19,312 nucleotides of DNA, taken from positions 1 to 19,312 of the forward strand of contig JAEOTQ010000002.1 in assembly GCA_016839785.1 (NCBI GenBank), written 5' to 3'. Positions within the stretch are counted from its first letter, which is position 1; each line of letters opens with the position of its first letter. The notes beneath the pieces were generated by a model. That model searched no databases, was not told the DNA's origin, and was given only the letters and a program-made list of their open reading frames with translations. The translations under genes and the position numbers were made by a program. Positions 8,481 to 16,849 of the stretch are shown one piece after another. This stretch comes from Candidatus Hodarchaeota archaeon (GTDB lineage Archaea; Asgardarchaeota; Heimdallarchaeia; Hodarchaeales; Hodarchaeaceae).

Positions 8481-8769
8481 GCCAAAAGCTACCATCTTCA
8501 TAATTGTAATACCGAACCCTAAAGAAAAATCCTCGGAAAAATGGTGAAAAATTCACGAGGAAGCCTTGCTTCATAAAATGGAAAAAAAGATAATCGTCAG
8601 AAATGCAATTTTGTGCAATTTCTACACTTTTATTAGGATGGAAACTTTCAAAGATAGGTCCACTATAATTTAGATAAGACATCACTACATGTAGAGGAGT
8701 TGTCTCTATTGTCATCAATTCTACCTCGATTCTATGTAACCACTTATTAGGAAAAAGTTGGGAGTTCAT
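8476..8769 (-). CDS. Possible small hypothetical protein (uncertain)
   Basis: Only ORF over 60 aa in a 500-bp gap. A GAGGT RBS-like sequence precedes the internal MTIETT start. No recognisable motif. Confidence 0.25.
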   Translation of the reverse strand: MNSQLFPNKWLHRIEVELMTIETTPLHVVMSYLNYSGPIFESFHPNKSVEIAQNCISDDYLFFHFMKQGFLVNFSPFFRGFFFRVRYYNYEDGSFWP

Positions 8770-8931
8770 AAATATCGGGTAGGGAGAGAATTTTCAAAAT
8801 AATAGCTTCGAATATACAAATTTTCTGTCATTAAATTTAGTAAATCTATTCACAGGCGCTATAACAAGCGAGACTTGGATAAATACCAGAACCTAGGCTT
8901 TTTGTTTTGTTTTCAATATGAATTTTTATTC

Positions 8932-10125
8932 TTAAGCAATTCCAGGGAATAATTCCTCTAGTTTCTTTTGATTGTGTGAGAGAGGTTCCTCAAACATCTT
9001 CCTCAATTGTGGAATTCCCTTTTTGGTACCCAATAAGATAATCGCTTTTATCTTGTCATCTTCATGGAAAATCTTCATATATTCATTAGATTCATCGTTT
9101 ATGTACTTTATGAATTGATAATCAGCTTGATTTGCATCATACCCAATAGAAGTAAGAAAGAGATCCGCAACTTTTAGGGTTGTTGACATTCTTGATCCAT
9201 GATACTCTCTCGATCGTGGTGAAATCAAATTTTCAACTACTACTCTCGATTGTTCAGTTGTTGGGGGAATAATACCATATACTCTTCCTTCATGTTCTGC
9301 CATGTCACCAACGGCAAAAATATTAGGATCCGATGTTTCGAGGTAATCATTAACAACCACACCACGGTTTACATCTAAACCAGCCTTTTTAGCTAGTGCA
9401 ATACGAGGTTTTATACCTGTACATGTCATTACAATGTCAGCTGGTATTAACCGTCCATCTTTCAACTGGATGCTTTCCACTACACTATCTCCTAGAATTT
9501 CTTTTACTTGAGCGCTAGTTATGATTCCTACCCCATATTTAGCTAATAATTCAGTAAAAATCTTGCTTCCTTCAGGATCTAGCTGTCGGGGTAACATATG
9601 GGGAAAAAATTCGATTATCGTCGTTTTTAGTCCATGTTTCGCACACGCAATGGCGTTTTCGATCCCGAGTAATCCTCCTCCAATTATTACAGCAGATTGA
9701 CTTAATTCAAGTTGATTTCGTATTGTAATTGCATCAGCTAATGTTCTGAGGGTATAGGCATGCTCTAATTCAAGTCCTGGAATGGGTGGACAAGCACAAC
9801 TTGCCCCTTGTGCCAGAAGTAATTTATCATAGTCATATTCACCTTTTTCAGATACAACTTTCTTCTCTTTTCGGTTTATGGAATGAATTTTCTCATTCGG
9901 ATGAAAATCTATCTTCGATTCATTGTACCAATCTTTGGTGTATATCATGAGATCTTCAGGTGACTGGGTTTTATCTCCCAGGAATTGTGGTAATTTTGGA
10001 CGAGAATAATATCCATATGGTTCAGTTGTGAATTGAAGGACTTTTGATCCTGGAGGTGCTTTTTGAATCAATGACCTAGCTACTGTGACACCAGCAACCC
10101 CGTTACCGATGATAATGTAATTCAT
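8932..10125 (-). CDS. FAD-dependent NAD(P)H oxidoreductase, NADH:rubredoxin oxidoreductase/NirB N-terminal-like
   Basis: IIIGNGVAG (FAD), YSRPKLP, YDKLLLAQGA, VIIGGGLLGIE (NAD), TSDPNIFAVGDMAE and TTLKV motifs. AGAGGT RBS. Downstream of superoxide reductase. Confidence 0.9.
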   Translation of the reverse strand: MNYIIIGNGVAGVTVARSLIQKAPPGSKVLQFTTEPYGYYSRPKLPQFLGDKTQSPEDLMIYTKDWYNESKIDFHPNEKIHSINRKEKKVVSEKGEYDYDKLLLAQGASCACPPIPGLELEHAYTLRTLADAITIRNQLELSQSAVIIGGGLLGIENAIACAKHGLKTTIIEFFPHMLPRQLDPEGSKIFTELLAKYGVGIITSAQVKEILGDSVVESIQLKDGRLIPADIVMTCTGIKPRIALAKKAGLDVNRGVVVNDYLETSDPNIFAVGDMAEHEGRVYGIIPPTTEQSRVVVENLISPRSREYHGSRMSTTLKVADLFLTSIGYDANQADYQFIKYINDESNEYMKIFHEDDKIKAIILLGTKKGIPQLRKMFEEPLSHNQKKLEELFPGIA

Positions 10126-10202
10126 ATTGTTTTACCTCTTCTAGTTAAATTCATGGCTAGTAGATGTACAAATACGAGAGAATTATAAAAAAATAAGTAG
10201 AG

Positions 10203-10227
10203 AAAAAAGAAGGGATATTTACCCTTC
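10203..10227 (-). terminator. Hairpin plus U-tract terminator after the superoxide reductase gene
   Basis: Minus strand reads GAAGGG-TAAATAT-CCCTTC-TTTTTT, starting a few nt after the stop codon at 10232. Confidence 0.6.
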
Positions 10228-10231
10228 AAAC

Positions 10232-10624
10232 CTAAACGGTAAGTTTTGCTTCAGAGCGCCAAAGCCCGTGGATGTTGCAGTAAGAGAATGCAATCAAAGT
10301 TCCTGATTTTTGTGTTTTTAACGCAAAAAGTCCTTTAGGTTCTGTGTACACGGTTGAAGTATCAGGACCTGCTGCTGATTCTCCGTGTGCAGTGAATTCG
10401 ACCTTACCAACTTGGAGAGGGAATTTTTCACCATCAGGTAAGAAAAACAATGAGATCCATGAAATATGATGATTTGTTTGATTGGGGTGGGCAATTTCTT
10501 TCCCCACTAATACCTTTATGAAGACAAAATCTTTGTCTTCCTTCTCTTTAATCTTAATAACTGGCGAGTGTTTTTCTGTTTTCCAATCGGCTGACTGGAA
10601 GAGTTCCTCAAAATTAATATCCAT
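10232..10624 (-). CDS. sor: Superoxide reductase, 1Fe/neelaredoxin type (class II SORL)
   Basis: Complete Fe ligand set: EKH, HP-x4-HHISWI and YCNIHGLW. No N-terminal desulforedoxin domain. Confidence 0.95.
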   Translation of the reverse strand: MDINFEELFQSADWKTEKHSPVIKIKEKEDKDFVFIKVLVGKEIAHPNQTNHHISWISLFFLPDGEKFPLQVGKVEFTAHGESAAGPDTSTVYTEPKGLFALKTQKSGTLIAFSYCNIHGLWRSEAKLTV

Positions 10625-10686
10625 AAATATCGTATCCTATGTTTTTTTTCCAAATAAATTTGAACGTTTAACCAACCAAAGCCGGA

Positions 10687-10698
10687 TTAAAAAGCATT
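10687..10698 (-). promoter_or_regulatory. Putative TATA-like element upstream of sor
   Basis: AATGCTTTTTAA on the minus strand, about 60 nt upstream of ATG 10624. Matches the element at 4522-4534. Confidence 0.35.
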
Positions 10699-10726
10699 AT
10701 GTTGAGATTAATGCAGTGAGAATTCG

Positions 10727-11911
10727 TTATGCACTAGGATTACTGTCAATTTTCCTGATTAATTTAATAGCAAATTCTTTTATTTCCGAAATGACAACTT
10801 CCTCAATATTTTCAACAGTATCAGTATACCAATGCCAGTTTGGAGGAACACTGTATTCGTTAAGTGCGAGGAATGACAAAACCTTAAAACCTCTAACCAT
10901 TGCAGCGGTCCCATCGGTATATCCTGCTCTAAATGGTTGTTCTACAACTTTTGATTCAGGTAAATCTTTTTGCACTGAGCGTGCGAGTGATAAAAGAGTT
11001 GCATCTGCCTGATGGGCATAGAAAATACCCTCTTTTGGTGTAAATATGGGGGTACCAGCTCCGACATTATCAAAATTCAAGAAGTTTGCATCTCTAAGTT
11101 CTCTTCCATATTCAGCTAGAAATGCAAACATTCCATTGCAGTTCACCTCTTCACAACCTGTCAGAACACAGATGAGTTCGGTAGATTTTAACGGATCTTT
11201 CTTCAACTCCTTCATCAAGTCTAAAACAACTGCAACACCTGAAGCATTATCATTTGCTCCTGCGACAATCTCATATTTGGATTGGCGGGTAACCGCTAAG
11301 AAAAATGAATACGCAACAGGAATGGCCAATAACACACTAAAAAACCATTCAATATCATTGATTAATACTGTTGTCTCAGTTAAGTCTAAAAATATGCCAA
11401 TAATCATCAGAAATAATATTATCCAGAATAAACCGAAATTTAACAAAACTAGTTTTCTAAAGTTTTTCACTTGATCAGGTTGATGGACATAATCTGCTCT
11501 AGACGAATCCATGTGTGCAACAAGTACAATTGATTGTATTTTTTTCCCTGTGGAGGGTTCTAACCTTCCAATTACATTCTGACTTGATTGTTTTGGCATT
11601 AACCTTGAAAGAATTGGTCGATTGTCATTTTCTGCAAAGAAGAAAATAATAGCAAGGAAGACAAGAATAACTCCAATAATAGGAGAGAGAGGATAAGCTC
11701 CGACTCCTATAAGCGCTATAAATAGCGTAATTGAATTAGGCCATGACCAAGTCCACGGAGATTGAAATGATTGAGTTTGAACTGATAAACCACCGAGAGA
11801 ACTCAGATATTCACTTATATATACTGCTACCTGCTTTTCTTCATTGGAAGTTGATCCACGAGGGCCTATTTCATTTGCAAGTTTGTTTATATGAATTTGG
11901 ATGTCTGACAT
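10727..11911 (-). CDS. Membrane-integral M28-family Zn metallopeptidase
   Basis: IGPR, NVIG, VAHMDS, GANDNASG, TGCEE, NFDNVG, YTD and WHWYTD motifs, with two inserted TM hairpins. Start placed at ATG 11911 (MSDIQ; AGGTGG RBS upstream) rather than GTG 11935. Confidence 0.88.
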   Translation of the reverse strand: MSDIQIHINKLANEIGPRGSTSNEEKQVAVYISEYLSSLGGLSVQTQSFQSPWTWSWPNSITLFIALIGVGAYPLSPIIGVILVFLAIIFFFAENDNRPILSRLMPKQSSQNVIGRLEPSTGKKIQSIVLVAHMDSSRADYVHQPDQVKNFRKLVLLNFGLFWIILFLMIIGIFLDLTETTVLINDIEWFFSVLLAIPVAYSFFLAVTRQSKYEIVAGANDNASGVAVVLDLMKELKKDPLKSTELICVLTGCEEVNCNGMFAFLAEYGRELRDANFLNFDNVGAGTPIFTPKEGIFYAHQADATLLSLARSVQKDLPESKVVEQPFRAGYTDGTAAMVRGFKVLSFLALNEYSVPPNWHWYTDTVENIEEVVISEIKEFAIKLIRKIDSNPSA

Positions 11912-12036
11912 GGCAACAATTCCACCTAAAGTCACAATTTCTAAATTAAATTCCGAATGTCCTATATTAAATCTCTTGAAATTTATATTTTTCCCTGAAT
12001 TGGTTCAATGATCCAATTAGACCATGATTGATCTCT

Positions 12037-12720
12037 TTATACAGGATCAACGAACAGGGTAGCTGCAAAATCTAAAGGTATTACGTACTCAGATCCTTCC
12101 TTATCAATTACCACACCCTTTTTGGAAGAATTCATTACAATGAATATTTCTCCTATCCCTTTGATTCCATAGTCAAGAAGTTTGGTTGCTGTTTCATAAT
12201 TATGAATCGAGATTCGAGTTAAAACGACTTTTGATCCCTTAGGAGTGTCTATGATAGTTTGATCTGAACATGCAAAATCCTCATTTGTAGACATAGGAAT
12301 CATAATACCAAAAGGTGTCTTCTTTTCTGGAAGTGCTGCGTAAATGTGCTTGGCCATTTCATCAGAAATTGCATGTTCTAGAAGACATGCCTGTTCATGT
12401 ATGGTATCAAAAGGCATGTGAAAGAGTTGAAAAAGCATGGCCTCTGCTAATCTATGGTTCCGAGCGATTTTTTGAGCTACTTGGAATCCCTTATCGGTAA
12501 GACGCACTCCTTCATATGGAGTATAGCGCACATATCCAAGTTTTTCAAGTTTTCTCTGAACTATATTTGTTAATTGTGTTTTTGAAATCTGAGGACCAAT
12601 CCGTTCGAGAATTTGCTTCATTTTTAAATAGGAATCGTCACAAAGAGACAGATGAAGGTCAAAAAGAGCTTCCATGATTTCTTCTTCGATATCTCTAAGT
12701 TTATGAGGTTTTAAATGCAC
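12037..12720 (-). CDS. DtxR/MntR/SirR-family metal-dependent transcriptional regulator with C-terminal FeoA-like domain
   Basis: wHTH wing GYVRYTPYEGVRLTDKG. Metal sites RNHRLAE and HEQACLLEHAIS, then TPFGIMIP. GTG start. Confidence 0.9.
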   Translation of the reverse strand: MHLKPHKLRDIEEEIMEALFDLHLSLCDDSYLKMKQILERIGPQISKTQLTNIVQRKLEKLGYVRYTPYEGVRLTDKGFQVAQKIARNHRLAEAMLFQLFHMPFDTIHEQACLLEHAISDEMAKHIYAALPEKKTPFGIMIPMSTNEDFACSDQTIIDTPKGSKVVLTRISIHNYETATKLLDYGIKGIGEIFIVMNSSKKGVVIDKEGSEYVIPLDFAATLFVDPV

Positions 12721-12936
12721 AATTATCCCATCAAAGATTTTTAAAGGAATATGAATGTTGAGAGCTTATAACTCTTAGGATCCTTGGGTATATATTGATA
12801 GGACGGAGATTTTAAGCAGCAAATTAACTAGAAAAGAAATTATTAAAAGGGGTTAATTTAAAATTGATTTATTAGTTACTTTATTGCATTGTCATATTCC
12901 TCTAAATATCATATTGTGTGCCGTGGGTGATCATAC

Positions 12937-13425
12937 ATGGAAGATACACAAGGGTTTATCGGTCTGTGGATTATAGATAAGGATTCGGGAATTCCAATTT
13001 CCTCTTTTGAGTTTGGTCATACCAAAACTGATTCCGTCCTTTTTGGGGGATTTCTAGTAGCACTCAGAGGGATGGCTCACGATTTTGAAATTGGCCAATT
13101 GACATCGTTCCAGACAGACACAGCTAATCTTATAATAACAGGTTCAGAGGCAATTCTCAGTGTAATAGCAATCACTCGCGAATCAAATTCTGATTGCTGG
13201 TATCCAACTTTAGTCACAATAAATAATCATGCCGAAACATTCTATCGTTCTTATCAAGAAAAAGAAATAATTGTTGATACTGTTTTAAATGAACATTTGG
13301 TTCCTGAATTCAGGCGAATAATTGTGAGAAATATTAATCTGTTACAAAAGAATTCCAAGGATCATTGTGGTTCCAAAAAAGAGGAAGCAGTAGCTGACAA
13401 ACTTAAAGATAGTGGTTTATGGTAG
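12937..13425 (+). CDS. Stand-alone longin-like (longin/roadblock superfamily) domain protein of Asgard type
   Basis: Pattern GLWIIDKDSGIPISSFEF...DSVLFGGFLVALRGMAHDF..GQLTSF...LIIT...LSVIAI plus helix matches the beta-beta-alpha-beta-beta-beta-alpha longin layout. GGGTGA RBS. Assignment by pattern recognition only. Confidence 0.7.
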   Translation: MEDTQGFIGLWIIDKDSGIPISSFEFGHTKTDSVLFGGFLVALRGMAHDFEIGQLTSFQTDTANLIITGSEAILSVIAITRESNSDCWYPTLVTINNHAETFYRSYQEKEIIVDTVLNEHLVPEFRRIIVRNINLLQKNSKDHCGSKKEEAVADKLKDSGLW

Positions 13426-13434
13426 AAGTGAAAT

Positions 13435-14205
13435 ATGATGATAACAAAAATTCTTTTAATTCAGCAACAAGTCTCAGAAATTCCCCCTTTAGCATTAATT
13501 GCTGAAGGAACTGCTTTACTGGTGTATACATATCTGACATTGAAACTTTCTTCCAAGTGGAGAAGTACGAGGAAAGATGCAACGAGAAATCTATTCTTAA
13601 GCTTTGCTTTTTATTTCTTGGCAGTATTAATGCTCTTTAGCACTAAAACTACAAACTTCCTAACTGGGGATCAAATAGATATCTCCTCTCTTGGAATAAA
13701 TGTAGGGTATGCTTTCTCATTACTAGGAAATATCTTCTTATATTATTTTACCGAGGATATCTTTTTTGATGATGATAACAGAGTAACTTACTTGAAAGAT
13801 GTAATAACTCTTGCAAATGGGATAACATTAGGTTTCTTGATGATTTTTATATTTCAACTGCAATCAGCACCCTTCTTAGAAGTTCCTGGTGAGTATATAT
13901 CCACTCATTTACTTATCTGGCATGTACTCGTATCCACTGTTGGATTCCTAATATTGTTTGTAAAAGCATTTCAAGCTACCATCAAAGCGAATACAAGGGT
14001 ATCCCGAGGAGGTTTTCTTATGATCAGCTTAACAGCGATCTTTGAAATTCTCGTGTTTGTATTCTTCTTTCTTGACAGATTTTCTGGTGCAGGTTATACT
14101 TATTGGTACTTTATTGCTTGGATGACAGCCTCTGTAGCAGGTTTAAGCAGCATGATAGGATATTTAATGCCTAGTTGGTTTAGAAGATTACTTGGTGGAA
14201 GCTAG
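13435..14205 (+). CDS. Seven-transmembrane protein (HisKA_7TM/'GPCR-like' Asgard membrane family), no cytoplasmic output domain
   Basis: Seven hydrophobic segments, basic loops after TM1 (KWRSTRK) and TM5, and a C-terminal G-x3-P-x-W-basic tail (GYLMPSWFRR). Starts 9 nt after the longin gene. Confidence 0.7.
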   Translation: MMITKILLIQQQVSEIPPLALIAEGTALLVYTYLTLKLSSKWRSTRKDATRNLFLSFAFYFLAVLMLFSTKTTNFLTGDQIDISSLGINVGYAFSLLGNIFLYYFTEDIFFDDDNRVTYLKDVITLANGITLGFLMIFIFQLQSAPFLEVPGEYISTHLLIWHVLVSTVGFLILFVKAFQATIKANTRVSRGGFLMISLTAIFEILVFVFFFLDRFSGAGYTYWYFIAWMTASVAGLSSMIGYLMPSWFRRLLGGS

Positions 14206-14254
14206 AAATCTCTATTCCACACAAGTCTTTTAGAAAAAGGGGGAGAATTCTTTT

Positions 14255-15334
14255 TTAACTTGGATTGCACTTCGAACATTTCGGATCACAACCAAACATA
14301 TCTCCAGAGTAATAATACGCAGAAGATCGGCAACCAAAGCAAATCTCGTTTTGGTCACATTCTGAACATGGTTCAGGTAAATCATCTGGATTACGAAGTT
14401 TTTTCATTAAAATATCCCCAGGATTCTCCTCTAGAAGCTTGATTAGACTTAAGTTTTTGTGATTTCCGAATTCTTCTGTACGAATGACACTGCAGGGAGT
14501 ATAATCACCCTTATTTGTAATACAAATCATACTTCCACAATAGAATTTGTTTACATCCATCGTCGAGAAAGACATGTCTTCTCCATACATTAACTCATCC
14601 CGACCCTGATAGGCTTTTTGTATCAATCCATTAGAAGGTACCATGTCATCACGAGAGTCGGAACTCGCAACTGGATTATACAGAGTAAGAACTGTTCTTA
14701 TCTTCTTTTCTTTCCAAAACCAGGCCATTGTGTCGTACACATCACCGATGGCAACAGGTTTTGTTAACGTGATACAGTTCCAGATTTCTTTTGGATCCTT
14801 CCCTAGACTTAAGATATTCTCGATTCCCTGAGTAATTGCTTCAATATTTTCCTCAACTCGGAATTTATGAACCTGTTTGTAAACTTCAGGATCCAGTGAA
14901 TCAAGGTGAACTGATATGAATCCACCGCTTTGTGTAACTTCTATAGCTTTTTTTGCTACTTCTCTATTTTTCAGTGGTATTCCTGATGTCCAAATATTAT
15001 TGATCAAACCTTTTTCTTGAGCATATTGGAGTAATTCGTACCAATCGCTTCGGACGAGAGGGTCACCACCCAACCAATCAATACAACGTACATTGATTTC
15101 GGCAGCTTCATCAATAATAGCTTTTATTTCATATGAGTCCAAATATTCAGGACTGGACGGTGTAGACTCTGCATAACAGTAAGAACACCCTTGTGAACAT
15201 TTAAGAGTCATTTCAATCTGTAAAGTATATATCAAACCCTCATTAAAGTATTTCTTTTGAATTAGGGCTTCTGATGACATTCCTCCATGAAGGAATGCAG
15301 AATTTGGTTCATCGTACAATTTTTTTTGTTCCAT
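14255..15334 (-). CDS. Radical SAM protein with C-terminal SPASM domain (PqqE/NirJ/Ahb-like superfamily)
   Basis: CSQGCSYC (Cx3Cx2C), GGDPL and WTSG. SPASM cysteines: YCG...GDYTPC...CSECx4CFGCR...DPKC. Confidence 0.92.
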   Translation of the reverse strand: MEQKKLYDEPNSAFLHGGMSSEALIQKKYFNEGLIYTLQIEMTLKCSQGCSYCYAESTPSSPEYLDSYEIKAIIDEAAEINVRCIDWLGGDPLVRSDWYELLQYAQEKGLINNIWTSGIPLKNREVAKKAIEVTQSGGFISVHLDSLDPEVYKQVHKFRVEENIEAITQGIENILSLGKDPKEIWNCITLTKPVAIGDVYDTMAWFWKEKKIRTVLTLYNPVASSDSRDDMVPSNGLIQKAYQGRDELMYGEDMSFSTMDVNKFYCGSMICITNKGDYTPCSVIRTEEFGNHKNLSLIKLLEENPGDILMKKLRNPDDLPEPCSECDQNEICFGCRSSAYYYSGDMFGCDPKCSKCNPS

Positions 15335-16137
15335 TAAAGCTTTTTAGCGATCCATAGACCCCGAGTTACTTTTCCTTTTTCAGCGGCATCTTTCCACGCT
15401 TTAACCCCTTTCTCTGCTATCTGGTATAGTTCCTCCCCAAATTCTTGTATTATCGTGTCTTTTAATTCTTGGACCTTCTCATAGTAGAAACGCAAGTGTG
15501 ATGTGAAATCTTCTTGGAGGTTCTCTACTTCGAGTACTTCGCAGTTATTTTCTTCTAATAGTTCCTTATATCCATTAACGGTCTGTAGATTCGGAAAAAT
15601 CATGAATTCATATAGAAAATCAGCTTCTTCTTTTGAAAGTGGAGTAGACCCAAGAATCCAATCAGTAAACCCAATTTTTCCGCCAAGTTTGCACACTCGA
15701 ACAGCTTCTTGAATCAAACGCAATTTATCGGTCACGTAACACCAAGCATCTTGTCCCCAAACGATATCCATGGTATTACTGCTAACTGGTAAGTCTAAAG
15801 CGTTTCCCATCCGAAATTCTATCTTATTTTGTAACCCCTCTTCTAGAGTACGAGCAGTTGCTTTCTCCAACATAGTTTTAGTGATATCTACACCTAATAC
15901 GGTCGTATTGAAATTCTTAGCTAAATACCTCGCTGGTCCACCAAGAGCTGAGCAAATATCTAATAGATAGCTGTCTTTAACTCCTAATTTCTCTGCTAAT
16001 CTTTGAGTTTCTTTCTCTCCACCAATATGGATATGTTCACCCATCAATACCTCCCATAAGATACCAACAGCTCCATCGTACGCATCGGAGACATCTTTAA
16101 CAGTATAATCGTACTGGTAATTCATATAATATTCCAC
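15334..16137 (-). CDS. Class I SAM-dependent methyltransferase (sterol/tocopherol/sarcosine-dimethylglycine MT-like); start GTG 16137 or ATG 16125
   Basis: GEHIHIGG, LLDICSALGGPARYLA, GVDIT, GNALDLP, DIVWGQDA and RVCKLGG motifs. Its TAA stop overlaps the radical SAM ATG (TAATG). Confidence 0.9.
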   Translation of the reverse strand: MEYYMNYQYDYTVKDVSDAYDGAVGILWEVLMGEHIHIGGEKETQRLAEKLGVKDSYLLDICSALGGPARYLAKNFNTTVLGVDITKTMLEKATARTLEEGLQNKIEFRMGNALDLPVSSNTMDIVWGQDAWCYVTDKLRLIQEAVRVCKLGGKIGFTDWILGSTPLSKEEADFLYEFMIFPNLQTVNGYKELLEENNCEVLEVENLQEDFTSHLRFYYEKVQELKDTIIQEFGEELYQIAEKGVKAWKDAAEKGKVTRGLWIAKKL

Positions 16138-16345
16138 TACATTCTCACACCTAATAAAGTCATCATGATTTGATATTGCTTTAAATCTTTATTTTCGAAT
16201 AAGACCATTTGAATTGTGAAAAAATTAGTAAAATACTGATGATATTTAGTTCTACGGAATTAGTAGTATATTTTTCGATCTTTCGAGGCATAATCATAAA
16301 TAGATATTTGCTTATAAATCTCAAAAAGCATAGGAGAATTGAATA

Positions 16346-16849
16346 ATGACACGTGATGCAATTAAAAAAATGCATGAACAGCAAATTTCTGGAGGATATA
16401 TTGTTATATTACGTTTTTTTCTGGGATTTGCTTTTTTAACGACATGGCTGAATAATCTCTTCGAGGGTGTCTTCACAAGCTCAGGTTTCGTTGGGACGAT
16501 TAATTATTTCTTTGATCATCCTGATCATGTAGCAACTCCCCTTGATTCTATAATCCGAGACTTTGTCTTTCCGAATGCAGCACTTTTTGGAATTGGATGG
16601 ATGATAATTGAGCTTTTTATCTCGCTCTCGTTGATATTAGGTGTTGTAACTCGACTGGGATCATTCGTTGGAGCTAGTTTTACAGTTATACTCGGTCTAG
16701 GATCGTTAGGTGTCGAATGGGTATGGACACAACCTTTATTATTTGTAGGATTTCTTACTTGTGGCTTAATTAGCGCAGGAAAATGGTATGGCCTTGATTA
16801 TTGGTTAAAAGATAGAATCCCTCAAAGATATACTAAATTTATCATCTAG
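16346..16849 (+). CDS. DoxX / TQO small subunit (DoxD)-family membrane protein
   Basis: LRFFLG, IELFISLSLILGVVTR and AGKWYGLD motifs with about 4 TM segments. AGGAGA RBS and GCTTATAAA TATA-like box (16310-16318). Confidence 0.85.
   Translation: MTRDAIKKMHEQQISGGYIVILRFFLGFAFLTTWLNNLFEGVFTSSGFVGTINYFFDHPDHVATPLDSIIRDFVFPNAALFGIGWMIIELFISLSLILGVVTRLGSFVGASFTVILGLGSLGVEWVWTQPLLFVGFLTCGLISAGKWYGLDYWLKDRIPQRYTKFII

Noticed and set aside
8474-8897. ACCTAGG direct repeat as the target-site duplication of an IS/MITE
   Set aside because: No terminal inverted repeats inside the repeats and no transposase remnant. Kept only as part of the unexplained-gap finding.
8855-8900. GCTATAACAAG resembling an integron attC end
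   Set aside because: Single copy, no complementary GTTRRRY end at a suitable distance, and no integrase or cassette array.
10482-12500. Plus-strand ORFs 10482-11012, 11046-11474, 11743-11949 and 12315-12500
   Set aside because: Antisense to sor, the M28 peptidase and the DtxR-family gene; composition is typical of shadow frames.
12761-12788. Imperfect palindromes AGAGCTTATAACTCT and TTAGGATCCTTG upstream of the DtxR-family gene as an operator
   Set aside because: Short and imperfect, spacing does not match the known DtxR box, and no second copy was seen upstream of sor or other genes.
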